Notes: generated from the letters alone by a model not told the origin. DNA of 64,000 nucleotides from Escherichia coli (GCA_005400705.1 GCA_005400705.1_4079.1), one strand, 5' to 3'. Positions 28,258-37,536 are shown, numbered from the stretch's first letter. Numbers and translations: made by a program.

Positions 28258-28856
28258 GAAAAAGTTATCAAGAAGCTATTGACTTAATTCGTGAAGTTAT
28301 CAAGGTGGCTCCTGCTGCTATTGAGTTCAAGAAGTCCATATACAAGAAGTATGGTTCAATGTCGAGTATGTGCTTTCAAAAGAAACGTAGAGCATTCACT
28401 ACCCAGTACTGGAATGATTCTATCATCCTGAGCAATGAGACTCAGCGTATTTTAACACTAGAATCTGAACCTAATGAGTACGGGGAAGGGAACATTTGTG
28501 TACCTGATTATGATGAAATTAACTTCAACTGCGGTGATTTTGAAACAACATTATTACTTCATGAGGGTTATCCAGAAGGTGATGTATTAGCTGAGTACAA
28601 TCCAAAAACTAAAATTCTCAAAAGAGGAATCCAGTTCACTATTAATAACAAAGATGATGTTCAAGCAGCACTGATGCAACTGAGTACAAGTGAACCTATC
28701 ACTATTAGTGTAGAAGAGTTATGGGGAATTATTTCAGTACTCAATGAGTGCTATAAAGTAAAATCATTGCGTAAACACAGCATTATATTACATACCAATA
28801 TGGCAAATATAAAATGTAAGCACATTCAAGAAATGGTGGTTCCAGATGGACTTTAA
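28254..28856 (+). CDS. family B protein (MQ variant)
   Basis: Core QAALMQLSTSE; ATGA overlap. Confidence 0.6.
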   Translation: MRKSYQEAIDLIREVIKVAPAAIEFKKSIYKKYGSMSSMCFQKKRRAFTTQYWNDSIILSNETQRILTLESEPNEYGEGNICVPDYDEINFNCGDFETTLLLHEGYPEGDVLAEYNPKTKILKRGIQFTINNKDDVQAALMQLSTSEPITISVEELWGIISVLNECYKVKSLRKHSIILHTNMANIKCKHIQEMVVPDGL

Positions 28857-29430
28857 AGAAATTGAAAGTAAATTAAAGTACTTCAAAGATATCAAACTTC
28901 TTTGGGAAAAGTATAAAGTTGATTACAATTTCAGTGATGATGACACTGTAAAAACAATTGAGATTAATATCAAAATCAAGTTCAAGAATAATAATTATGG
29001 TGAAGTAACCTTAAATCATACTGGTATATCACTCAAGGACTATGATGGTTCAACACTCGCATATTTTGACTTCACACCAGAACCAGGTGAAACACTACTT
29101 AGTGAGATAAATTCCTATGACATGGAAGTGTTCGGCGGGAATCCGTTACTGTTCCGACTTTCTGAAGATTGGAGTGAAGAATACTACACTTACAAAGATG
29201 GTGTAGTACTTGACATTAATGGTGAAGTTGTGAATGACTTGGAAGAACGCTTGTTCCAAGAATTGTGTGTTTCAAATACTTCATATGCATACAATCATAT
29301 CCTTGACATGTTTGATTTATATAGTAAAATAGATGCTGAAATGAATGCACATGGTATTCATTATCTTACAATCAACGACTATGCTCAACTTGAAACTGTA
29401 GTGAAAGCATTGACTAAAGTACTGAAATAG
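28846..29430 (+). CDS. family B protein
   Basis: Core EERLFQELCVS. Confidence 0.6.
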   Translation: MDFKEIESKLKYFKDIKLLWEKYKVDYNFSDDDTVKTIEINIKIKFKNNNYGEVTLNHTGISLKDYDGSTLAYFDFTPEPGETLLSEINSYDMEVFGGNPLLFRLSEDWSEEYYTYKDGVVLDINGEVVNDLEERLFQELCVSNTSYAYNHILDMFDLYSKIDAEMNAHGIHYLTINDYAQLETVVKALTKVLK

Positions 29431-29439
29431 GAATGAAAT

Positions 29440-29853
29440 ATGAAACTGTATCATGCGAGTACTGTAAAAATTGATAACTTTTATATCCCGTATGGTGGTC
29501 TTCATATGGGAGGTAAACACAGTGCTTTGGAAGCTGCATTACGCAAGCTCAGAAGTCCACTGAACGTAGTAGACGCATGTACAGTATACTTGCATACCTT
29601 AGAAGTTGATGTTGATAACGTGCTTCTGTGTGAAGATTTAGGCAGTGATGATGAGTGGCGTTCACTTATTGAGAATTGCACTGCTCAAGGTTATGATGCT
29701 GTTCAGTACAAAAATGATTACGAGCCAGACAATGTTCCTAGTTTTATGATTTGGGATGCATCTAAAGTTCGCATCATTGAAGTTGATGCTATGCATATGG
29801 ATGAAGCTGAAATGATTATCGAAGATTTTCTTGATGAATATGAAGGTGTATAA
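29440..29853 (+). CDS. hypothetical protein (non-family insert)
   Basis: 137-aa tiling ORF lacking the FQ core; acidic C-terminus. Confidence 0.55.
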   Translation: MKLYHASTVKIDNFYIPYGGLHMGGKHSALEAALRKLRSPLNVVDACTVYLHTLEVDVDNVLLCEDLGSDDEWRSLIENCTAQGYDAVQYKNDYEPDNVPSFMIWDASKVRIIEVDAMHMDEAEMIIEDFLDEYEGV

Positions 29854-30371
29854 TGATTGAACCTATGACAGTACTAGCACGTACTAAATTATTATTGAGG
29901 ATTGGTGAGATATTCACTGATATTTTGTACAGTGGGATTGATATACTTGAATTAGGCATTAAGCAACCGTGGGAATTAACCAAGTTCTCTGCGTTCCATC
30001 GTTTATCCTATAAAGGGGAAACGGTTCTTGACTTGAACCCCAAAGCCAGATTCATGGACTATGCAGCTTTATATGGAACATGTGGAGGAATAACAAATGA
30101 TTTCAAAGAAATTAAAGTTCAAACAGCGTCACATGAATTTAATGATTTATTATATCCAGAATTTAAGTTAACAGAAGAATCATTCTTCCAGTACTCATTG
30201 ATTTTAAAAGATCTTAATGATTTAGAGTACTACAAAGAGTTAGTAGATATTTTTATTAATACACGACTTTCAAAAGATATTGTGATATTCTGGTATACAG
30301 AGCATGTTACGGAGGAATTGCTTACTGAATTTCTTCTAAATATGACAGCTATAAAGGAGAAGTTATGTTAG
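29853..30371 (+). CDS. family B protein
   Basis: Core EESFFQYSLIL. Confidence 0.65.
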   Translation: MIEPMTVLARTKLLLRIGEIFTDILYSGIDILELGIKQPWELTKFSAFHRLSYKGETVLDLNPKARFMDYAALYGTCGGITNDFKEIKVQTASHEFNDLLYPEFKLTEESFFQYSLILKDLNDLEYYKELVDIFINTRLSKDIVIFWYTEHVTEELLTEFLLNMTAIKEKLC

Positions 30372-30838
30372 ATATTTTAGGAAACATCGACACTGCAAAT
30401 TATTTTATTCAAGATGCATTGTTTAATACAGTACAACAAGGTTTAGAAGTTCACCACAATGTTTATCAGGGTGATGGATATTTTGTTGATATTATCGAGA
30501 CACGTAAAAATACATTTAATGTTAACATTACGACGCTTGGAAGACAGAACATTGCACGAATTTTAGTAAGTAAAGATGAAATAGTACTGAGATACAGTGC
30601 TAAGTTTATGTTGACTTATAAGAAAAAAACTGATATGTTCAGTACTAATTTATTTGATGAGCCATTTGACCTTGAAGATATTGAAGCTACTTTCTTTACT
30701 CAAAGTACTATGGTAAAATACACTGATGTTCAATTTTCTGCTGATGTAATGTCAGAAACATTACAAATGATCAAGGTATTATTTTATGCATTTGAGCAAT
30801 TTAGAGAAGAAAGAAACAAGGTTAACAACCACAGATGA
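30365..30838 (+). CDS. family B protein
   Basis: Core EATFFTQSTMV. Confidence 0.6.
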   Translation: MLDILGNIDTANYFIQDALFNTVQQGLEVHHNVYQGDGYFVDIIETRKNTFNVNITTLGRQNIARILVSKDEIVLRYSAKFMLTYKKKTDMFSTNLFDEPFDLEDIEATFFTQSTMVKYTDVQFSADVMSETLQMIKVLFYAFEQFREERNKVNNHR

Positions 30839-31199
30839 ACTAATAGAGGCGATCACTAAGGAGTCAAAATACCATAAAGGTATTCGTCTATACTTTATAG
30901 ATACTGGTTCGATGGAAGGTACATACATTTATGGTTCACAATCGTTGTCTTATGATGCAATGCCAAATAAACATGTTAAAATCTTTTTAGGTTCAAGTAA
31001 TAAAACTTTCTTGACAATTAATGATAGCAGTGTTATTATGAATTCGTTGGGTCATGATAAGGTGGAAATTGATCTAAACACGCTGGAGGATATTGATTTT
31101 TTTCAATACGAGTGTTTAGGTGTTGACTTACATGGCATTAGTAGCGATATGATAAAATCATTAATCAAATATTTCGAAGGTGTTCATAAATGTATCTAA
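30786..31199 (+). CDS. family B protein
   Basis: Core DIDFFQYECLG; 53-nt overlap with upstream gene so start uncertain. Confidence 0.5.
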   Translation: MHLSNLEKKETRLTTTDELIEAITKESKYHKGIRLYFIDTGSMEGTYIYGSQSLSYDAMPNKHVKIFLGSSNKTFLTINDSSVIMNSLGHDKVEIDLNTLEDIDFFQYECLGVDLHGISSDMIKSLIKYFEGVHKCI

Positions 31200-31687
31200 C
31201 TAAATCAATGAAAAATTCATTTGATAAAATCAAGAGTTGTCTTGATGGAGAAAATATTACAAGTGTTACACAAACTGCTGACCAAATTCAAAGCAGTTCA
31301 AGTGATTGCACTGTTATTTTTGGTTTACATAGTCTGCGTTTATCAATAGTAAATAATATTGACAACACTGCTATTGTAATCACACCATGCAATATTCAAA
31401 ATGAGAATGGTGTATATCTTCATCACATGGGAACAGTATTTCACATTTTCAATTCAAACGAAAACATTGTTAAGGAATACAATACTCTTAATATTGATTC
31501 AGGTGAATTATTTCAAATGAGTACTTTGTACTCATGTAATTTTACAGATACTTCATGTATTTTGCCATTTTTCTTGGAAATTATTAAGAAAATGGAAAAT
31601 TTAAAACGTGAATACAATAAAGAAATGGTTCCTGAAGCTATATTAAATATTACTAATGCTATAGAGAAGTATAATGCAGTGACTTAA
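31190..31687 (+). CDS. family B protein
   Basis: Core SGELFQMSTLYS. Confidence 0.65.
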   Translation: MYLTKSMKNSFDKIKSCLDGENITSVTQTADQIQSSSSDCTVIFGLHSLRLSIVNNIDNTAIVITPCNIQNENGVYLHHMGTVFHIFNSNENIVKEYNTLNIDSGELFQMSTLYSCNFTDTSCILPFFLEIIKKMENLKREYNKEMVPEAILNITNAIEKYNAVT

Positions 31688-31729
31688 TAAAAACGCACAT
31701 GGAGTGCATTAGAAGATCAAGGATAGATC

Positions 31730-32203
31730 ATGGAGATTAAAACTGTTGAAAATGGGAAAATTGATGACATTTTAGAGTTGGACGCATTCAAAGTTCATGA
31801 TATAATGTTTAATGTGAAGGACATTATTCAATGTCTATTTTTGTGTAGCAAGACAATGCATGATTTTTTTCACAACCCAAATACTAACGTTTTTATACTA
31901 ACAATCAGTACTGAAAACTCGTTTATCATGGGTATGCCTATGAGTACAAATGAACAATATATTGATTGTGTTATTCGTAATAACGATAGTATTACGCCAC
32001 AATCTGAAGTACGTAAAAAGAAAAACACCTACACAATCAAAGATGATAAAATTATGATGTGCTGTAGTAAAGGGTTTATATTAGATAATTTTATCGTAAA
32101 AGACAGTTATCACGACTTTAAAGTATCTGAAAATCAATCCAATGTAGTTCTTTATGCGAGTGACATAGAAAGTCTAACAGTTAAAGATCCCAGTTTGGAG
32201 TAA
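31730..32203 (+). CDS. hypothetical protein
   Basis: 157-aa tiling ORF; no family motif. Confidence 0.55.
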   Translation: MEIKTVENGKIDDILELDAFKVHDIMFNVKDIIQCLFLCSKTMHDFFHNPNTNVFILTISTENSFIMGMPMSTNEQYIDCVIRNNDSITPQSEVRKKKNTYTIKDDKIMMCCSKGFILDNFIVKDSYHDFKVSENQSNVVLYASDIESLTVKDPSLE

Positions 32204-32205
32204 GT

Positions 32206-32337
32206 ATGGCTAAGAAAGTAAACAATTTCGTACAGAAACACATGAATGAGTTTAACAAGCCTCAGACACATGTGGATCGTAAAAAAGAAATGAAAAATGG
32301 TAAAGTAAAACACAAGTCGAGATTTATTCTCGACTAA
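32206..32337 (+). CDS. small basic protein (43 aa, absent from ORF track)
   Basis: ATG 32206 seven nt after GGAG; lysine-rich MAKKVNNFVQKHMNEFNKPQTHVDRKKEMKNGKVKHKSRFILD; followed by terminator. Confidence 0.45.
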   Translation: MAKKVNNFVQKHMNEFNKPQTHVDRKKEMKNGKVKHKSRFILD

Positions 32338-32343
32338 TTTTTT
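32316..32343 (+). terminator. rho-independent terminator
   Basis: Hairpin GTCGAG-atttatt-CTCGAC followed by T-run. Confidence 0.6.
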
Positions 32344-32366
32344 GTATAAATTTATGAGGATTGTAT

Positions 32367-33215
32367 ATGTTAGACATTTCAGATTTTCTTAATTTTAAAA
32401 AGTATTCAGTACTTGAACATATCAACGAATTTCTGAATTCTACTACACCATTTGGTATCAGTACATCAGATGTATACGATGGATATACAATCTTCCCATA
32501 CAATGACTTTCAAATTTCCGTCAAAAAAGGTTTTACAAAAGAAGTTGCAATTCGTGATGTAGTAATGTATAGCGATTCTTCTATTTCTTACTGTCATGAT
32601 GTGAACAAGTTTGAATCTCTTGCAACACCTAATTGTTCATACTACAAATCCCATGACACGATGATGTATAAAGAACAACATATCAATGGTGTTTCGTTCT
32701 ATAAAACTAGCAGTGATAAATCATATACATCTAGAGATGATTTTGGAAAATACACATGTACTATGCACACGGATAATGAAAAAACAAATTACACTCATTC
32801 ATTCGAGTCCAAATTCCAAGAGAGTGAAGTTTCAAATATCACTATACAAGAACAGGTTTCAGAAGGCATTGTATATCGTAGCACTGCATTCTTTCGCATG
32901 AAAGATATTGTCACAGGCAGACCAATGATGTACAATATTGACATATACATGAAAGGTGATATATCCGAAGTAGTGATTAGTACTGGTTATCGTGAAAAAT
33001 ATACAGTTACAATGGAATCACCAGATGCATCATTAGTTCACCTCTTTAACAATTTATATACATTCCAATTCGAACTTAGTTTCGATCCAAATGAATATCA
33101 AATATTTGATATATTAAAAAGTAATATTATTAATAAGTTAGAATATTACTACAAGTTAGGTGGTAAGATGTGCATAGTTAATACTATGTTACATAACATA
33201 AAAGAAACATTATAA
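32367..33215 (+). CDS. hypothetical protein (possible family B-like)
   Basis: ATG 32367 six nt after GAGGA; 283 aa; contains SKFQESEVS. Confidence 0.55.
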   Translation: MLDISDFLNFKKYSVLEHINEFLNSTTPFGISTSDVYDGYTIFPYNDFQISVKKGFTKEVAIRDVVMYSDSSISYCHDVNKFESLATPNCSYYKSHDTMMYKEQHINGVSFYKTSSDKSYTSRDDFGKYTCTMHTDNEKTNYTHSFESKFQESEVSNITIQEQVSEGIVYRSTAFFRMKDIVTGRPMMYNIDIYMKGDISEVVISTGYREKYTVTMESPDASLVHLFNNLYTFQFELSFDPNEYQIFDILKSNIINKLEYYYKLGGKMCIVNTMLHNIKETL

Positions 33216-33231
33216 ATCTGGAGGATTTGGT

Positions 33232-33525
33232 ATGGATACTAAATTCAAAATTATTTTTAAAACTAAGCCGTATATTCCACATACAGCAGAACGTTTTATA
33301 CCACATGGTGCTGAGGAAATTATTCACCAAGATGGTACTAAGTTATACCTTGTTCCTTGTTCTTATGAACGTGCAGTAGAAATGTTGCTAATGAATGCTA
33401 GACTATGCAAAAACAAGTACATTAGTTACCTATACAATGAACATATTTTAGATTTCAATGATGAAAATATGTTCATTCTAGCAATTGAGGATTTTGATAA
33501 CTGGTACAATATTATTAAAATCTAA
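33232..33525 (+). CDS. hypothetical protein
   Basis: 97-aa ORF with GGAGG RBS. Confidence 0.55.
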   Translation: MDTKFKIIFKTKPYIPHTAERFIPHGAEEIIHQDGTKLYLVPCSYERAVEMLLMNARLCKNKYISYLYNEHILDFNDENMFILAIEDFDNWYNIIKI

Positions 33526-33534
33526 TGAAAATAA

Positions 33535-33580
33535 TGTGAACATATTAGATTCTTGTGATATAATGTTCACATCTTTTTTT
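33535..33580 (+). promoter_or_regulatory. extended -10 promoter box inside a hairpin plus T-run element
   Basis: TGATATAAT 33556-33564 lies between 9-bp inverted repeat arms TGTGAACAT 33535-33543 and ATGTTCACA 33563-33571, followed by T-run 33572-33580. Confidence 0.5.
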
Positions 33581-33596
33581 GATAACGGAGATATAG

Positions 33597-33983
33597 ATGA
33601 ATACAAGTTCAGTCCTAAAAGCAATTGGTGGTGTTTTACTCATTGAAGTAAAAGGTGAGCCAAAGCTATGCTGTTTAGAAGATATGAAGAATACAAAACA
33701 CTTCAGTACTGGTCAGATTTTCAATGCCATTCGTATTCTAAATGACAAATCCATTGCTGATTATGGAAAAGTTTGGCCTGTATATCAAAATGCTGATGGT
33801 GATATCAGTACTGATTGGAAAACAATTGAGGCGGTACGACAAAGTTGTGAGAGTGATTGGGACTTCATTGTTGAAGTTTGTGATCAACTACAAGAAGATG
33901 TTCCAGAAATTGTTGAACGAAAAGAAGTTCTAGCACGACTTGAAAAATTCCGTCACGGAACACTACAGTATGACACAATCTAA
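33597..33983 (+). CDS. hypothetical protein
   Basis: 128-aa ORF after GGAG RBS. Confidence 0.55.
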   Translation: MNTSSVLKAIGGVLLIEVKGEPKLCCLEDMKNTKHFSTGQIFNAIRILNDKSIADYGKVWPVYQNADGDISTDWKTIEAVRQSCESDWDFIVEVCDQLQEDVPEIVERKEVLARLEKFRHGTLQYDTI

Positions 33984-34032
33984 TCTGCTTATTAAAAATA
34001 TCTAATTAACATTATATAAAAGGAATTTAAAA

Positions 34033-34338
34033 ATGGAAGACAATGGAATGAAATTTGATATGTTTGAAGGTGTACCAGAGTTCGATTTCAACAAACTTGA
34101 AGAAGGTGAGGAATCAGAACTAGTTAGTGTTACACTTAAAGCAGATTCTAAAAAGAAATATTCATCATCAGTACGTTCACGTTCACAAGAAGAATACGAA
34201 TCATTTATTGAAAGTATTCATTATGAAACATTCCATCACGCAGATGGAACTCCATATGAAGTACGTGTAACAGTACTGAAGCCTGAAGTAAATCCAATGG
34301 AAAATCTACGTCCTGTTTACTGCTGGGCAAGTCACTAA
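34033..34338 (+). CDS. hypothetical protein
   Basis: 101-aa ORF with AAGGAA RBS; followed by terminator. Confidence 0.55.
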   Translation: MEDNGMKFDMFEGVPEFDFNKLEEGEESELVSVTLKADSKKKYSSSVRSRSQEEYESFIESIHYETFHHADGTPYEVRVTVLKPEVNPMENLRPVYCWASH

Positions 34339-34347
34339 TAAACCAAA

Positions 34348-34378
34348 GGACGGGATTTGTTATCTCGTCCTTTTTTTT
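34348..34378 (+). terminator. rho-independent terminator
   Basis: Hairpin GGACGGGAT-ttgtt-ATCTCGTCC (one G-U pair) followed by T8. Confidence 0.75.
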
Positions 34379-34390
34379 GTCTGGAGATGT

Positions 34391-35245
34391 ATGAAACTTT
34401 ATCTAATCGTTGACTACAATAAGGATTATGCTGGTAACTTCACCGAAGATTCGGATGGATATTGCACATCGACTAATGTCAATGTACGTAGCAGTAGTGC
34501 TCATGAACATGAATCTTGTAAAAATCTAAAAGATTTTATCGCATACCGAGCATTTGAAAAGAACTTCTGCCGCAGTAGATATTCGAAGTTTGAGTACCCG
34601 TTAATTGATGTTCCTGATGATTTAATGTTCCAGTTAATGCTGACTGGAGTTCAAGATTATGATTACATAGCGTATAATCATATTACTAAGAAAATTTATA
34701 TTGGTACATCATCACATGACACTTCTATGTATGCATCATGCCCAGATGATCGAATGAATGATAGAAAATCATACTATAGTGGGTCAGTTGGTTTAAATGA
34801 TTCATTAAATAAAAATTCATTCTTTGAGTATGTTTATGATTACCATCATGAGAAAAAAGAACGTGAAGATTACTGTATAGCAATTGATAGTACTAATGGT
34901 TATGAAGACGTGAAAGAAGCACTTATGCCGTACATTATTGAAAAGTACTACAAAGATTTTCAGTACTGTAGTAATTTTCTAATCAGAAATTCTATTATAA
35001 TCGGTCGCCAATCTAGTGCATACTCTCAGTACTATAATGATTCACCAGTAGCATCGGCAAATGAAATGTGTGATATTTTACAAATTCCACGTGAAGATAT
35101 GGCATTCATTTTTACATCTTTTATTGAAGATGATGAGTTGTATATTAAAAATAAACACCGTTTCATGCCAAGCAAGATTGAGGTTATTCGAAGTTTTAGT
35201 GTTGATATACTAACAAATTTCACAGAAAAAACCGAATATAACTGA
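34391..35245 (+). CDS. family B protein (long member)
   Basis: 284 aa; core DDLMFQLMLTG. Confidence 0.6.
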   Translation: MKLYLIVDYNKDYAGNFTEDSDGYCTSTNVNVRSSSAHEHESCKNLKDFIAYRAFEKNFCRSRYSKFEYPLIDVPDDLMFQLMLTGVQDYDYIAYNHITKKIYIGTSSHDTSMYASCPDDRMNDRKSYYSGSVGLNDSLNKNSFFEYVYDYHHEKKEREDYCIAIDSTNGYEDVKEALMPYIIEKYYKDFQYCSNFLIRNSIIIGRQSSAYSQYYNDSPVASANEMCDILQIPREDMAFIFTSFIEDDELYIKNKHRFMPSKIEVIRSFSVDILTNFTEKTEYN

Positions 35246-35262
35246 GACAAATGATAAGTTAA

Positions 35263-35307
35263 TGATATAATATAAGGTGACAACATAATATGTTAGTCAC
35301 CTTTTTT
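35263..35307 (+). terminator. rho-independent terminator preceded by a TGATATAAT box
   Basis: TGATATAAT 35263-35271, then hairpin GGTGACAACAT-aat-ATGTTAGTCACC 35276-35301 and T6 35302-35307. Confidence 0.65.
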
Positions 35308-35830
35308 AATCCTGAAAGGTTCCCATAAGGAAATGATTAAAAGCCTAATCCACTCGAAAATGTAGAGGGTAGATGAGTAGTCCTTTCAGTACGAACAGCA
35401 GATGAAACCCGTTAGATGATGGCATAGTTTGAACCACTCACGGCAATGCGGCTGTATAAAGAACTCCAATAGGATAAAGAGAGTTCCTCGATAGACATAT
35501 AAGGATCGCACCTTACCAATTATCTAAGGGAGATTTCATAAGAAATATGCGGTCGGAATTATACAATATAGTTGCGTCCAAATTTTGTGAAATCAAATAC
35601 AAGTACTGGTCATATGGTATTTGTATTATGTGTCGGGATGTTTAAGACCGACGACCGTTGCTACAAGAACCGCGATAGAGAGAAACAGAGCAACCCGCTT
35701 TCGTCTCGTAAGAGAATTCGTGATATGAACTATGTGAAGGCCACCAGCGTCAAATTTTTTTGTTCTTTCCCCTGCGGGGGGATGAAATATGCTCAAGCAA
35801 ACCCCGTCAATATTAATTAAAAGAAAATAG
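35308..35830 (+). ncRNA. candidate structured non-coding RNA or regulatory island (GC-enriched, ORF-free)
   Basis: About 520 bp with no tiling ORF in a genome that is otherwise saturated with coding sequence; visibly higher GC; several local hairpins (GTCGG..CCGAC near 35632-35652, GTTGCT..AGCAAC 35658-35693, CCCCTGCGGGGGG 35770-35782); strand uncertain. Confidence 0.3.
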
Positions 35831-35847
35831 TACTTGTAGAATTAGAC

Positions 35848-36468
35848 ATGCGTAGCATGATAATTCTACTGATGTTGATGCAATCAACGTCACGTATATT
35901 CATTGATGTTTCCATAGGAATAATGATGGCATTTATTAGAAAAGAAAAAACTGTTACTTATAAAACTTTGAATTTTGATGATTGCATTAATCAATCACAA
36001 GACGAAGATATCTTTACTGGATATGTGGTTATTAAAGAAAAAGGATGCATTTCTTATATAAAGGAATTACAAAATGGAATTGAAGTGACTTCAGTTAAAT
36101 TACTTCCTACTCAAAAACCAACAATATCAAAAGCCCAGTATGGTAATTATTTTGAAGAAAGATATAGTAATAATTCAATAAGTGTTAAGGCTCATATTAT
36201 TAAAGGAGAACTAGAAGGAGAATATAGAAAATACAACCCACAAGGAAAATGTGTTTGGGTTAAATACTTCAATTCAGGATATGATGTAACATCTGAAATT
36301 ATAGAATTCTTGGGTTTAAAATGTACCCCTGAGACTATTCATGATTACAAGTTCAATACTGAAGAAGAGTTTAATCTGATGATGCGTTACGGTTCACATT
36401 TTAAATTTTTATATGAATATAACATTGACAGTAGTACTTTTGATAAGATAGTACACAACTGTCTCTAA
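35848..36468 (+). CDS. hypothetical protein
   Basis: 206-aa ORF; several in-frame ATGs so start uncertain. Confidence 0.5.
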   Translation: MRSMIILLMLMQSTSRIFIDVSIGIMMAFIRKEKTVTYKTLNFDDCINQSQDEDIFTGYVVIKEKGCISYIKELQNGIEVTSVKLLPTQKPTISKAQYGNYFEERYSNNSISVKAHIIKGELEGEYRKYNPQGKCVWVKYFNSGYDVTSEIIEFLGLKCTPETIHDYKFNTEEEFNLMMRYGSHFKFLYEYNIDSSTFDKIVHNCL

Positions 36469-36484
36469 CAAAAGGAATTATATA

Positions 36485-37006
36485 ATGTCGAAGAAGGATG
36501 CTTCGAAAAAACATTCAGTACATTTCAGTACTGGAAAAGATAACTGGACAACTCCCAAAGATTTCTTTGAAGATTTGGATGAGTTATGGGGATTTACACT
36601 TGATGCTGCTTGTGTTGATGAGACTGCATTGTGTGATAATTTTTTCACTCCAGAAGATGATTCACTATCACAGGATTGGGGAAATAATATAGTTTGGTTG
36701 AATCCACCATACAGTGACTTGAAAACTTGGTTATCTAAAGCAGTAGATGCATATAATAACGGGGCAACTGTAGTTATTCTTGTACCCTCAAGAACCGACA
36801 CAATTGCTTTTCAGGATTATGCTGCTAAAATATGTGATTGTATTTGTTTTATTAAGGGAAGATTACGATTTGGTATACCAGAAGAACCCGATAAGAAAAC
36901 AGATTCAGCACCATTTCCTTCGTGTCTGATAGTACTGGATAAGTACTTAACCACTGCTAAAATCAATTATCTTAAATCTCTTGGGTTGGTGATGAAGAAT
37001 TTATGA
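36485..37006 (+). CDS. dam: DNA N6-adenine methyltransferase (phage Dam-type)
   Basis: NPPY catalytic motif in VWLNPPYSDLKTWLSKA, with the upstream WTTPKDFFEDLDE context typical of small phage Dam enzymes. Confidence 0.7.
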   Translation: MSKKDASKKHSVHFSTGKDNWTTPKDFFEDLDELWGFTLDAACVDETALCDNFFTPEDDSLSQDWGNNIVWLNPPYSDLKTWLSKAVDAYNNGATVVILVPSRTDTIAFQDYAAKICDCICFIKGRLRFGIPEEPDKKTDSAPFPSCLIVLDKYLTTAKINYLKSLGLVMKNL

Positions 37007-37536
37007 AAGAAACATGTGTATTAACGTTTGGTCGTATTAATCCTGTACATCGTGGACATGGTTTAGTTTTTGAAAAGGCCAAAACATTACAAGAACAGTA
37101 CAATGCTGATTTAAAAATATATCTAAGCACCAGTACTGACAATATAAAAAACCCACTCCCACCTGAACTAAAAATGTATTATACAGAGGGATTCTATCCT
37201 TCAGTGCAAGAGAACATCTACACAGAAGACAATCTGTTTGATATAATGAGAGAACTGGATGGAAAGTACTTAGATGTTCTTTTCATATGTGGTTCTGACC
37301 GTATTGATTCTTTTCAAAAAACTCTTGACATGTACAATGGTAAGTTGTATAATTTTTGTAGTATAAAAGCAATTCAGGCAGGTATTGACCGTAATGTAAG
37401 TCAATATAGCTCAACACAAATGCGTAACTTCGCAAAAAATGAAGATTTTGATAGTTTTCGTGAGTTTTTACCTGGAAATGACGAGGACTTAAAAATACAA
37501 TTATTTGAAGACGTTATAAAATACATGAGGAAATAA
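37003..37536 (+). CDS. HxGH-family nucleotidyltransferase (NadM-like NMN adenylyltransferase candidate)
   Basis: N-terminal FGRINPVHRGH matches the (H/T)xGH motif of archaeal-type NMNAT and cytidylyltransferases; ATGA overlap with dam. Confidence 0.5.
   Translation: MKETCVLTFGRINPVHRGHGLVFEKAKTLQEQYNADLKIYLSTSTDNIKNPLPPELKMYYTEGFYPSVQENIYTEDNLFDIMRELDGKYLDVLFICGSDRIDSFQKTLDMYNGKLYNFCSIKAIQAGIDRNVSQYSSTQMRNFAKNEDFDSFREFLPGNDEDLKIQLFEDVIKYMRK

Noticed and set aside
35572-35820. 82-aa ORF inside the GC-rich island
   Set aside because: No RBS, no family motif, Cys/Arg-rich composition typical of GC-rich non-coding sequence read in frame.
35308-35830. tRNA gene(s) or a group I intron in the GC-rich island
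   Set aside because: No GGTTCGAATCC-like T-loop with matching acceptor stem and no recognisable P/Q/R/S intron core were found by eye; the class is left open rather than asserted.
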